Shown here: piece after piece, positions 36,446 through 45,914 of the stretch | How the letters are laid out: every line of letters begins with the position of its first letter | How positions within the stretch are numbered: position 1 is the stretch's first letter | Source of the DNA: a virus | Taxonomy: Duplodnaviria; Caudoviricetes | Length of the DNA stretch: 60,928 bases | Strand: one strand, 5' to 3' | IMG/VR virus record: IMGVR_UViG_3300025018_000165 | Span: 1-60,928 of that record | Program-made: the position numbers and the translations under genes | Notes under the pieces: generated by a model | Databases searched by the model: none | What the model saw: the letters and a program-made list of their open reading frames with translations, nothing else | What the model was told of the DNA's origin: nothing

Positions 36446-37678
36446 TTACAAATTGCTGAGCTGAAACCCTATCAGAAGAATGCTCGTTTGCACCCACAAA
36501 AGCAGATTGATGCTTTATGCCGAAACATTGAAAAGTTTGGTTTCACTACGCCGGTGTTAATTGATGAGGAGAATAATGTTATCGCCGGACACGGAAGGTT
36601 AATGGCATTAAAACAGCTTGATAGACCTAATGTCCCTTGCGTCCGGATTGAAGGTTTATCGGAAAAGGATATTGACGCGCTGCGTTTAGCCGATAACAAG
36701 ATTGCGTCAATGGCCGAATGGGAAGAGGACTTACTGGCTGAAGCCCTGCAAGGTCTAACCGATGAACAGCGCAAAGACGCTGGGTTCGACGACAAAGAGG
36801 TCACACAAGCCCTAAATTGCGCCCTAAACGGCGAAGAAGATGATTTTGATACTGAACCGCCTAAAAAGCCAAAGACGAAAATGGGAGAATTGTGGATATT
36901 AGGCGACCACCGCTTGCTTGTTGGCGATAGCACAAAGCGTGAGGATGTGGAGCGACTAATGGGAGGGGGGAAGGCGGATTTATTTCTAACTGATCCACCT
37001 TACGGAGTTTCATACACAGCAAAAAACATTGCCGTTCACGGCAATGTTTCTCCAGTCTCACAAGGAGAGAATACAATAGAGAATGATGAAAAAAGTATAG
37101 AAGAAATCAAACCTATTTGGTTTGCTTCCGCTAAAAATGCTCTTGATGTTTGTAACAATGACGCTTCTTATTACTGGTTTGCGTGTCAGGGGGGGGATCA
37201 GATGATGATGATGATGATGATGATTGGTGAAGCTGGGTGGTTGGTGAGACATGAACTGATTTGGAAAAAAAACTCAATGGTATTTGGACGCTCGGATTAC
37301 CATTACCAACACGAGCCGATTATTTATGGCTGGAAGAAGAAAGGAAAACATAACTGGTATTCAGACAGGACACAGACAAGTATTTTGGAGTTTGATAGAC
37401 CAAGGGAAAGCAAATTACATCCAACAACAAAACCTGTTGAACTTGTTGCTTATTTAATAAAAAATAACACAAAAACAGGGGATATAGTGCTAGACTTATT
37501 CGGTGGCTCGGGCTCTACTCTCATTGCCTGCGAGCAGATGAAACGGAAGTGTTTCATGCTTGAGATCTCGGAATCATATTGTGATGTAATCCTAAACCGT
37601 TGGGTGGCTCAAACAGGTGGTGAGCCAATTAGAGAAGACGGAATGGCTTGGAGTGAACTTAACGGGAAATTGGGATAA
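36431..37678 (+). CDS. ParB-like domain / DNA methyltransferase fusion
   Basis: LKPYQKNARLH, IAGHGR, LADNK; GDHRLLVGDST, TDPPY, HPTTKP and DLFGGSGST motifs. Confidence 0.93.
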   Translation: MQILNLQIAELKPYQKNARLHPQKQIDALCRNIEKFGFTTPVLIDEENNVIAGHGRLMALKQLDRPNVPCVRIEGLSEKDIDALRLADNKIASMAEWEEDLLAEALQGLTDEQRKDAGFDDKEVTQALNCALNGEEDDFDTEPPKKPKTKMGELWILGDHRLLVGDSTKREDVERLMGGGKADLFLTDPPYGVSYTAKNIAVHGNVSPVSQGENTIENDEKSIEEIKPIWFASAKNALDVCNNDASYYWFACQGGDQMMMMMMMIGEAGWLVRHELIWKKNSMVFGRSDYHYQHEPIIYGWKKKGKHNWYSDRTQTSILEFDRPRESKLHPTTKPVELVAYLIKNNTKTGDIVLDLFGGSGSTLIACEQMKRKCFMLEISESYCDVILNRWVAQTGGEPIREDGMAWSELNGKLG

Positions 37679-37689
37679 ACCCTAAGAAA

Positions 37690-38043
37690 ATGGAAAAAAA
37701 ACCTATTTCACAAAAGCAGCTAGAGGCAAATAGGAAGAATGCCTTGCTAGGAGGGCGACCGGTCGCTACTCCGACTTTGGTGCATCAAGAATTTAGGAAA
37801 GCTCTTACTGCTAGGATTCAAAACGATTTGAAGAGTTGGATTGAACCGATTGAAGATTTGGCAAAAGGACATTTTGTCGAAGTAAAAACCGCTGATGGGC
37901 AAGTTAAAGTTTATAAAAAATCTCCAGACGCTAAAGCGTGGCAAATAGTTATGGACAGAGCATTTGGCAAACCTGAGCAAGGCGTTGACGTGACTTCAAA
38001 CGGCAAAGAACTGAAAGGCATAGCAGTTGCTTTTGAAGAGTAA
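37690..38043 (+). CDS. terS: Terminase small subunit B (putative)
   Basis: SQKQLEANRKNA..GGRP, DRAFGKP and VDVTSNG motifs; directly upstream of terL. Confidence 0.65.
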   Translation: MEKKPISQKQLEANRKNALLGGRPVATPTLVHQEFRKALTARIQNDLKSWIEPIEDLAKGHFVEVKTADGQVKVYKKSPDAKAWQIVMDRAFGKPEQGVDVTSNGKELKGIAVAFEE

Positions 38044-38048
38044 AATTT

Positions 38049-39299
38049 ATGGTATCCGGCGAAGTGGCTAAAATAAAATTACCAAAGAAAGCTAAGTTTC
38101 TTTTTGAACCGGCGCGCTATAAAGTGATGTATGGCGGTAGGGGATCTGGAAAAAGCTACTCGGCTGCTATTGCTTTATTAGTGCAGGGAATGGAATCACC
38201 ACAACGTGTGTTATGCGCTCGTGAGTATCAAAATTCAATCAAAGATTCTGTTCATCGACTTTTAAGTGACCAAATAAATAAGCTAGGATTTGATGGTTTT
38301 TACGAAATTGGCCAGACAACAATCAAAGGCAAAAATAGCACTGAGTTCTTTTTTGAAGGTATTAAACACAATGTCAATAAAATAAAATCATACGAGGGAA
38401 TTTCACGGTGTTGGGTTGAGGAGGCCAATTTAGTGACCAAAAACAGCTGGGATATTTTAATTCCGACAATTCGCGGTGAAGGCTCTGAAATTTGGGTGAC
38501 TTTCAACCCTGAACTTGAAGACGATGAAACCTATCAGCGATTTGTGGTTAAACCGCCGCCAGACGCAAAGGTAGTGCAGATGAACTGGATGGACAATAAA
38601 TGGTTTCCGGACGTGTTAAAAAAAGAAATGGAGCTGTTGAAAGAACGAGATTTTGTTTCATATGAAACAGTATGGCTTGGCAGGTGTCGGGCGGTCATGG
38701 AAGGCGCAATCTATCGTGATGAATTAGAGGCATTGAAGACAACCGGACGAATTTGCAAAGTGCCTTATGATCCAATGTTTCCAGTTGATGTTTTTTGGGA
38801 CTTAGGTTGGTCGGATTTCACGAGTTTGTGGTTTGCTCAGGTTGTCCGTGGTGAGCCTCATGTAATTGATTGTTATCAGGACAATCTAAAATCAATTCTG
38901 CATTATATTGATGTCTTGAAAGAACGGAAGTATAGTTATGGTGCTTTATGGCTTCCCCATGATGCAAAAAAATCAGAATTAGGTACAGGAAAGACAGTTT
39001 ATGATATAATTAAGAATCATGGGTATCGGGTTGAGATGGTCCCTAATCTTTCATTAATTGACGGTATCAACGCAACTAGAATGTTTTTGTATAAAGCCTT
39101 ATTCGATGAGGAAAAATGTTCAGAAGGGTTATCAGCTTTAAGGCGTTATAAATACAAAACTGATCCAGAAACAGGAAAATTATCAAGAGAACCTGAACAT
39201 AATAAATATAGTCATTTTTCAGATAGTGCCCGTTATATGTCAATCGCCCTTGAAAAGTCTTACTCCGGCCCCAGACAACATTTAAATAAATATCGTTAA
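38049..39299 (+). CDS. terL: Terminase large subunit B (PBSX / Terminase_3-like)
   Basis: YGGRGSGKS, CAREYQNSIKDS, WVEEA, PTIR, TFNP, WDLG and SHFSDS motifs. Confidence 0.95.
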   Translation: MVSGEVAKIKLPKKAKFLFEPARYKVMYGGRGSGKSYSAAIALLVQGMESPQRVLCAREYQNSIKDSVHRLLSDQINKLGFDGFYEIGQTTIKGKNSTEFFFEGIKHNVNKIKSYEGISRCWVEEANLVTKNSWDILIPTIRGEGSEIWVTFNPELEDDETYQRFVVKPPPDAKVVQMNWMDNKWFPDVLKKEMELLKERDFVSYETVWLGRCRAVMEGAIYRDELEALKTTGRICKVPYDPMFPVDVFWDLGWSDFTSLWFAQVVRGEPHVIDCYQDNLKSILHYIDVLKERKYSYGALWLPHDAKKSELGTGKTVYDIIKNHGYRVEMVPNLSLIDGINATRMFLYKALFDEEKCSEGLSALRRYKYKTDPETGKLSREPEHNKYSHFSDSARYMSIALEKSYSGPRQHLNKYR

Positions 39300-39301
39300 A
39301 T

Positions 39302-41152
39302 ATGTTAGAAAATACTATTGAGTATCGACCTTCAAGAGAAGCTGAAGATCTACTCAATAAAATTAAACTCCGCTATCAAGATGCTGTAACTCAACGCAGT
39401 GCTTCTTATCGCCAATTAAATGACCGGAGTATTAATCAGTTCCTTGATGATAACCGTGATTTGTTTAATGGTTATGTTCCAGAGTGGGCAAGTTCTGAAG
39501 ATGAATGGAAGAGTAAAGCATTTAAGAAAAAGACTAGACACAAAGTAATTGCAACAGTTGCAGCTTGGATTTCAGCGTCAATTGGTGTTGATTTTTCTGC
39601 TTTTGATGAGGATGAAGAATTGGATTCAACAATGAGCAAAGTAATTGATGATGTTTATACTTGGTCGCTTGAGCGAGAAAGTTTTGACATGAAAGAGTTG
39701 TCCGCTTATATGGCTTTGGCGATTGATGGTACTTCATGTTTACATGAAGAAATTGCTTGCGACAGACGAGTTGTCAAAGATATTCAAAGTATTGATTTTG
39801 AAACTGGTAAAATTAAATGGGAAGAGGTGGAACGAACGATTTTCAAAGGCTGCCGTGCTGATAATGTACCAATTGATGAAATGTATCTTGGTGATGTCTT
39901 TGAACCGGATATTCAGCAACAGCCGTTTATTATTCGACGCAAACTAACAACTCATGAAAATGCGTCACGATTTTTTGATAAATATGACAACTGGGATAAA
40001 GTAAACCCTGGTACTGGGTTCTTTCTATCAAACGAGGGGACATTAACTGATAATGAAATTGAGTCTATCGATCCCGACGATAACAATGTTGAAGTTATTT
40101 GGTATTACGATAAATATGAAGATATTTTTTCAATCGTAGTTCAAGGTGTTCTATTAACTGATCCTGAATATCCTTTTCCTTTTCCACATAAAGAATATCC
40201 GTTTGTCTGGCAAATTGGTGAACCTTTTGGTGATGAACGGTTTGCTTACGGCAATGCAATTCCTAATGTTAATCGTGACGACCAACTTTTGACCAATGAT
40301 TTGTGGCGGTTGTTTATTGACGCAACAAAACTCAAGATAATGCCACCGCTTATTACTGATGATCCTGAACTTTTATCAACCGATATCATCATTCCTGGCA
40401 TGCAAACATTAAGAGGACATGACAGTGTTGTTGAGACAATAGCTGAAGTAGTTAAAGGCATCGGCCAATCAGAATTTAATTTGTTAGCCATGGTTGAGGG
40501 TCAACAAGACGAGAATACAATTGATCCAATGGTTACAGGAAAACTTGCCCAAGGTGATCCAACCGCAACTGAGGTGCGAGCTGTAGTAGGTTCAGCACAG
40601 CGCTTGCAAGGTTTCCAAGAGCAATTTATCGGCAATATTCATGTCCAACATGCTCATTTGCGTATTCCAAATATTCTTTGGATGCTATCAACTAGTGAGG
40701 CTTACGAAAAAGTAGTCAAAGATAATATTAAGACTCCAAGCGGTAAGACAGGTAAGAGAAAGATTTTATTTGTTAAAGCCCAAGAAATTCCATCATCGGC
40801 TGATATTTTGAAAATGGAAGTCAAAGCTAAAGAGAAAGAAGAATATATTTATGTCGATAAAGATAGCGTAAACGATTATCGATTTCATATCAGTATTTCT
40901 CCTGCTCCCAAACCACGCAGGACTTCAACTCAAAAGATTTTGAGGATTCTTCAAAAGTATCGAATGTATGCTGCAGACCCTGGTATTGACCAGCATGCAC
41001 GTTCAAAAATGTTAGTTGAAGCTTTCGGTGATGATCCTGAGGAAATGCTTATTAAAGAACAACCAGCAATTGGAATACAGCCTCAAGGCCAAGTTCCTGT
41101 GTCTGGCGCAGCCGAGGCTAACTTGGCGCAAGAAGAACAAACTATGCTATGA
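39302..41152 (+). CDS. Portal protein B
   Basis: 616 aa after terL; DIQQQP, PFPHKEYPF and TATEV motifs. Confidence 0.85.
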   Translation: MLENTIEYRPSREAEDLLNKIKLRYQDAVTQRSASYRQLNDRSINQFLDDNRDLFNGYVPEWASSEDEWKSKAFKKKTRHKVIATVAAWISASIGVDFSAFDEDEELDSTMSKVIDDVYTWSLERESFDMKELSAYMALAIDGTSCLHEEIACDRRVVKDIQSIDFETGKIKWEEVERTIFKGCRADNVPIDEMYLGDVFEPDIQQQPFIIRRKLTTHENASRFFDKYDNWDKVNPGTGFFLSNEGTLTDNEIESIDPDDNNVEVIWYYDKYEDIFSIVVQGVLLTDPEYPFPFPHKEYPFVWQIGEPFGDERFAYGNAIPNVNRDDQLLTNDLWRLFIDATKLKIMPPLITDDPELLSTDIIIPGMQTLRGHDSVVETIAEVVKGIGQSEFNLLAMVEGQQDENTIDPMVTGKLAQGDPTATEVRAVVGSAQRLQGFQEQFIGNIHVQHAHLRIPNILWMLSTSEAYEKVVKDNIKTPSGKTGKRKILFVKAQEIPSSADILKMEVKAKEKEEYIYVDKDSVNDYRFHISISPAPKPRRTSTQKILRILQKYRMYAADPGIDQHARSKMLVEAFGDDPEEMLIKEQPAIGIQPQGQVPVSGAAEANLAQEEQTML

Positions 41153-41376
41153 CCGATGATCTGAAACAAGAGACATTAAACGAAATAGAGCGAGGTAATC
41201 TGAAAAAAGCATTCGAACTTGAAGTCAAAGAGGCCTATATCAAATATTTAATGAAAAAAAACTCTAATAAAGATCATGAAAAAGCATATCTATCACAACT
41301 TCAAAGTGTTTCTAATGAAAGAACTGACGTTACTTCATTCCTTGATTTCCTTAAAGGGTTCAAAAATGAGGATTAA
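41149..41376 (+). CDS. Hypothetical protein
   Basis: ATGA overlap with portal stop. Confidence 0.6.
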   Translation: MTDDLKQETLNEIERGNLKKAFELEVKEAYIKYLMKKNSNKDHEKAYLSQLQSVSNERTDVTSFLDFLKGFKNED

Positions 41377-41659
41377 AGAAATTTTAGATAAATGGTTTCT
41401 TGATTTAGAAATGCCTGCTAAAAGATTATTGAAAGAGCATGCCTTATTCTATCTAGAGTCTCCAGTTTATAAATACTTAGAACAGAAGATGTTGAGAAGC
41501 TGTATGAACTATATTCTGCGCCAAGCAACAATTGATAATGAGGTAATCTTTAAAAAAGGAATGATGCAATGGCAAAAAGATTGGCGGCAAGAAATTGTTC
41601 GAATGAGCCTATTAACAATCCCTGAAAAAAGTGATATAATTAATAAAGAAAAGAAGTAA
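41366..41659 (+). CDS. Hypothetical protein
   Basis: Overlapping ORF in operon. Confidence 0.6.
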   Translation: MRIKEILDKWFLDLEMPAKRLLKEHALFYLESPVYKYLEQKMLRSCMNYILRQATIDNEVIFKKGMMQWQKDWRQEIVRMSLLTIPEKSDIINKEKK

Positions 41660-41669
41660 AATTTAACTC

Positions 41670-41790
41670 AAAAAAACTCCGGCAAAGAGTTTGTGACCAT
41701 GCGCGGTCTCGCAAACACTTAAGATTTTCTGCCGGAGGTTTTAAGGATTTGCGGACTACTCGTGGCCACACTCGGCTGCGAGTTTTTTTC
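41670..41790 (+). ncRNA. Candidate structured leader of scaffold/capsid operon B
   Basis: Stems CTCCGGCA/TGCCGGAG, GTTTGTGACC/GGTCTCGCAAAC and ACTCGTGGCC/GGCTGCGAGT downstream of TGATATAAT (41632-41640). Confidence 0.45.
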
Positions 41791-41833
41791 TGCCCGACGA
41801 TGTGAAGGCGTAAAACTAAAACATTCTGTCAAT

Positions 41834-42460
41834 ATGGAAGACGTTAAAGACCATGTTTCTAAGGAGGAAACTGAGGAAGTTGAGGAATCTACTGAATCAG
41901 AAGAATCAACTAAAGAATCTGAAAGTTCTGAAGTTGATTACGAAGCGGAACTCTCTAAGCTTCGTGAAGAGCGAGACCGATATAAGGACTTAAATCGAAA
42001 AACATCCGGCGCACTTGCAGAGGAACGTCGAAGACGAAAAGAACTTGAAGGAAGTTCTGAAAAAGACGATTTCCCAGAAGTAGATGGAAAGATTAAAGAA
42101 ATTCTTTCCAAATACGAACAAGAACGCACTGCCGATGTTATCGAAGACGTTCTCGAATCATTAACTGATAATCCTAAGAAGCAAGAGCTGATTAGGGATA
42201 TTTATGAGAATGATTTGAAACCAACAGGTCTTACTAAACGCGCTATTAAAAACGATTTACAAAAAGCCATGGTCTTAGCAGACCGGAATCTTTACGAATC
42301 GGCTCAAAAGAAACAACTTGAAAAATCTGAAGCTCAAAAGAAAGCTTTAGAAACTGCTAAAGGTGATATTTCCGGCGGTAAACCTGAAACCAAGTTATCT
42401 TCAAAGCAATATAGTTCTAGAGAGAAGGCTTTTCTTCAAAAATTTGGAGTTAAAGTCTGA
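41834..42460 (+). CDS. Capsid scaffolding protein B
   Basis: E/S-rich N-terminus, coiled coil, upstream of head genes. Confidence 0.75.
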   Translation: MEDVKDHVSKEETEEVEESTESEESTKESESSEVDYEAELSKLREERDRYKDLNRKTSGALAEERRRRKELEGSSEKDDFPEVDGKIKEILSKYEQERTADVIEDVLESLTDNPKKQELIRDIYENDLKPTGLTKRAIKNDLQKAMVLADRNLYESAQKKQLEKSEAQKKALETAKGDISGGKPETKLSSKQYSSREKAFLQKFGVKV

Positions 42461-42485
42461 TAATTAAAAATAACTTTTACCCTTT

Positions 42486-42992
42486 ATGGCAAAAGGTGAT
42501 TGGAAAGTAATTGAGAAAGGTGGAGCCTGGGTCCAACGCTGGGTTGTTGAAGATCGCACGACTTCATCTCTTACGGTTACTATCAAACCTGGGGAAATGG
42601 TAAAGCAGGCAGCTGATGCTGCTAACTATGTGATTCCGCTTCTTACGGGTGATCCTGAAGCTGGAACGGATATTGTTTGTGGTATTGCTTTAACTGAATC
42701 CACTGAAACTAGCACTGTTGACGGTTATGTCGATGTGTTAATGATTACTCCGCAAACCGTTCTCGAATGTAAAGCTACGACGGCCGCTAATGTTGATACG
42801 CAAGCTGAAATTGATGCGTTGATTGGCGATTGTGTTGCTGGTGATGTTACTTCATTAACGCAGACCATTGATGAAGACGAAGGCAATGACAACGATGTCC
42901 ATGGTTTCCTGATTGTTGGTGGAAATCCTGAACACAAAACGTTATATGTCCGTGTTAAAGAAATGGTCTTACAAGAGGGTGTTGCTCTCTAA
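42486..42992 (+). CDS. Capsid decoration/cement-like protein B
   Basis: TIKPGEMV, GIA and DGYVDV; between scaffold and MCP. Confidence 0.6.
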   Translation: MAKGDWKVIEKGGAWVQRWVVEDRTTSSLTVTIKPGEMVKQAADAANYVIPLLTGDPEAGTDIVCGIALTESTETSTVDGYVDVLMITPQTVLECKATTAANVDTQAEIDALIGDCVAGDVTSLTQTIDEDEGNDNDVHGFLIVGGNPEHKTLYVRVKEMVLQEGVAL

Positions 42993-43011
42993 TAATCCGT
43001 AAAATACTAAT

Positions 43012-43944
43012 ATGTCTCTATCTTCAGGAATGAATGCAAATGTCGTGAAGACAGCATTGGACAGTGTTGTTTTTACGAATTATGAGCAAGCTCCAGGCCC
43101 TTCAGTGGCTGGGGCATCAGATCCCGTAATTTTTGTCCAAGACTCAACTGATCGTGCAGCTGTTATTGAGGAAGCTTACAAAGGTGTTGGTTTCTTCGCA
43201 GAAACTTTGGAAGAACAAGATATTCCGAGTGATACTCCTCGCGTTGCACAACAGAAGACCTTTTCCGTTATTGATTATTGGAAAAGTGTCGATATTCCGA
43301 AACGCTTTCTTGATGATGAACTCCATGGAGTTGTCAGCATGATGATGCGTGATTTCGGTCTTAAAGCTCGCCGCAGTGCTGATAACAGTGCGATGAAGTT
43401 TATCCGCGATGGATTTACTGTTTCAACGACTGCAGACGCTGCTTATTTGTTCTCTGCTAGCCATAGCAATATTGCCGGCGATACGATTGACAACTTGTCA
43501 AGTGCCGCATTAGCCGAGGCTTCCCTTGAGGATGCTATCGTGGCTTTAATGGAACAAAAAGATCAAGCAGGCGAAGTGATGGGTGTTATGCCCCGCTGCC
43601 TCTTGGTTCCGCCTAAGCTCTTCAAGACTGCGGTTCAATTAACTGCCTCTGAACTTGAACCGGAAACCGGTAACAATGCTGTTAACTGGATTTCGCTCAA
43701 GTATAGCGGTTTGATGGTCAAGCAGAGCCCGTACCTTGGAGCTGCCGCTGGCGGTTCTGATTCTGCTTGGTACTTAATCGGTGAGAATCACAACTTGCGT
43801 CGTTTTGTCCGATCCCCCTTTCAGACGACTCTTGTTCCGTGGGAAACTCAGCGAAACAATAACTACATTTACAAAGGTGGTTATCGTGAAGTTGTTGGTG
43901 CATTAACCTACGAGGGTCTTTACGGTTCGACTGGTGTTGCTTAA
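43012..43944 (+). CDS. Major capsid protein B (Mu gpT-like)
   Basis: LFSASH, KDQAGE...PRCLLVPPKL, SPYL...AWYL and YGSTG motifs. Confidence 0.88.
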   Translation: MSLSSGMNANVVKTALDSVVFTNYEQAPGPSVAGASDPVIFVQDSTDRAAVIEEAYKGVGFFAETLEEQDIPSDTPRVAQQKTFSVIDYWKSVDIPKRFLDDELHGVVSMMMRDFGLKARRSADNSAMKFIRDGFTVSTTADAAYLFSASHSNIAGDTIDNLSSAALAEASLEDAIVALMEQKDQAGEVMGVMPRCLLVPPKLFKTAVQLTASELEPETGNNAVNWISLKYSGLMVKQSPYLGAAAGGSDSAWYLIGENHNLRRFVRSPFQTTLVPWETQRNNNYIYKGGYREVVGALTYEGLYGSTGVA

Positions 43945-43953
43945 ACAACCTAA

Positions 43954-43973
43954 GAGTAGCCTTCGGGCTACTC
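43954..43973 (+). terminator. UUCG hairpin after MCP B
   Basis: GAGTAGCC-TTCG-GGCTACTC; no long U-tract. Confidence 0.55.
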
Positions 43974-44019
43974 CCTAATATGCCTAATCCTCTCTACGCC
44001 GAGGCAAGGTCATAGGGAT

Positions 44020-44289
44020 ATGCGTAGACAAATTCAGAAATTAATGAAGGGCCATTCAACCAAAGCTGAGCGAAAGTTTATGGAAATGCTCAAAGAACAA
44101 CATATTCCATTTATCGCTAAAGCCAAAGTAGCTGGAAGAGAAATAGATTTCCTTGTTGGGAAATATGCCATCGAGATTGATGGTCATGAACAAGACGGGG
44201 GAAAAAACGAACTTCTAGCTAAACATGGTTGGATACCGGTTCACTACAATAATTCAGAAATAGATAATATAACTTATGAGTTTAACTAA
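44020..44289 (+). CDS. DUF559/Vsr-like endonuclease
   Basis: TKAERKF, EIDFL, IEIDGHE and GW..VH motifs. Confidence 0.75.
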   Translation: MRRQIQKLMKGHSTKAERKFMEMLKEQHIPFIAKAKVAGREIDFLVGKYAIEIDGHEQDGGKNELLAKHGWIPVHYNNSEIDNITYEFN

Positions 44290-45259
44290 TTTTCCTAACG
44301 GAGTTTCTTCGTTTGGAGTTCCTTTGATGGGTGGTGGTATTCCGTCAACTTTCGGTAAAGTGTTCTTCGTTGATTATCGAAATGGTGTCGATACTAATTC
44401 TGGAACGAGCGCGGATCATGCTTTCAAAACGCTTTCTTTCGCTTATTCCAAATGTTCTTCAAACCGGAACGATGTAATTTTAATTGACGGCGATTCAACT
44501 GTAGTTGAAGCTGACGGTATTGCTTGGACCAAAAATCGCGTTCATGTTATTGGCCTCTGTGGCCCTGGTGGTCGTTTAGTTCAGCAGGGAGCGAAAATCC
44601 AATCAACTGCTGGTGTTGGAACGGCTTATGTCTTGAAGAATACCGGTGTTCGTAATAGCTTCGTTAATCTTAAGTTCATTCAAGCTGATACTGAAGCTAC
44701 TTCTTTACATGTCCTTGAAGAAGGTGGCGAAGGTAATCTTTATGCCAACTGTTCATTTGTCTTCGGTGTCGTAGATAACCTTGATTTAACGACCGCAACT
44801 GAAGTTTTAATGGGTGGAGATTCTTGTTCCTTCGTTGATTGTATGTTCGGAAGCGATACGTTATTGACTTCTGCTGCCCGTAAAGTCATGACTATTGATC
44901 AAGTGACTTCTGGTCAGGAATGCAAATCAAACATTTTCCGCGATTGCACTTGGTTGATTTCATCTTCAAGTGTTGATGCTTTGTGTATCGGTATGGCAGC
45001 TGCTGGAGATATTCTCTTCACGAACCACTTTATTCGACCGACTTTCATGGCTTCGCTTGATTCAGCTGGCGGAGTTCAATGTTCAAAAGCGGTAGCAACT
45101 GCAGACGGAACAACTAAAGGAACTATCTATATTTCATATCCAATGGTTCATGGTTTTGCCGATATTGGTGTAAACGGGACTAATAATGATAACTTGTATG
45201 TGTTTAGTCATGTTGTGTCTGCAGTAGACATTACTTCGGCTCAACCTACAACTACCTAA
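44276..45259 (+). CDS. Beta-helix virion protein
   Basis: TNFPNGVSSFG start; FFVD..NG.D.NSG.S...AFKT motif; repeated N/DC.F turns. Confidence 0.7.
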   Translation: MSLTNFPNGVSSFGVPLMGGGIPSTFGKVFFVDYRNGVDTNSGTSADHAFKTLSFAYSKCSSNRNDVILIDGDSTVVEADGIAWTKNRVHVIGLCGPGGRLVQQGAKIQSTAGVGTAYVLKNTGVRNSFVNLKFIQADTEATSLHVLEEGGEGNLYANCSFVFGVVDNLDLTTATEVLMGGDSCSFVDCMFGSDTLLTSAARKVMTIDQVTSGQECKSNIFRDCTWLISSSSVDALCIGMAAAGDILFTNHFIRPTFMASLDSAGGVQCSKAVATADGTTKGTIYISYPMVHGFADIGVNGTNNDNLYVFSHVVSAVDITSAQPTTT

Positions 45260-45265
45260 TGAAAT

Positions 45266-45397
45266 ATGCCTAAAGTAAAAAAGGAAAAAGTAAAAGTAGA
45301 AGTAGAAGAAGTTCAAGTAGAAAAAGAAGCTGAGATTGAGGTGCCAAGTCGCATTAATAGCGATTTACAAGAGATAAAAGATCTCTTAGGACGCTAG
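45266..45397 (+). CDS. Small charged protein (43 aa)
   Basis: Read manually. Confidence 0.45.
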   Translation: MPKVKKEKVKVEVEEVQVEKEAEIEVPSRINSDLQEIKDLLGR

Positions 45398-45512
45398 TAA
45401 CCGTCTTATGGTGAGGTGGGGTCAAGGATAACTTGGCCTCACCAATAAGATGATTATTCCTTCTGGTTCAGGTTCAACCACCCAGCCATAGGAGCTGGTA
45501 GAAAGGAAATCT

Positions 45513-45881
45513 ATGACCAAAGAATACAAAGACGCACTTTTACAAGTTGAGCAAGAACAAAAAGATAAACAGCTTGAAGAACTTAAGGGATATTTCCGCA
45601 AGACACTTGAGGCGATTGAAAACAAGAAAGCTGAAAAAGAGCGGATAGAGGAAGAGTTGCGAGTCCTCAAACTCGACCTTGAAGACTTGAAAGAGGGCAA
45701 ATTCAAGAAGATAGAAGAAAGGCAAAATGAAGCTCCGACAGCCAAACGAGTCAGTGTAATCCATTTTGAAAGGACTTTTTGGCCACAACCACATCCAAGT
45801 CAGTTTCCTTGGTGGAACGATTGGTATGGTGGAACTTGGACGGTTAATTCAACTTCAGGGAGGAAAACCTTTTACTTCTAA
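45513..45881 (+). CDS. Coiled-coil hypothetical protein with Trp-rich tail
   Basis: ORF track; flanked by a 12-bp inverted repeat. Confidence 0.65.
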   Translation: MTKEYKDALLQVEQEQKDKQLEELKGYFRKTLEAIENKKAEKERIEEELRVLKLDLEDLKEGKFKKIEERQNEAPTAKRVSVIHFERTFWPQPHPSQFPWWNDWYGGTWTVNSTSGRKTFYF

Positions 45882-45914
45882 ATAATTTAACGAACCTGAA
45901 CCATAAAGAGTAAT

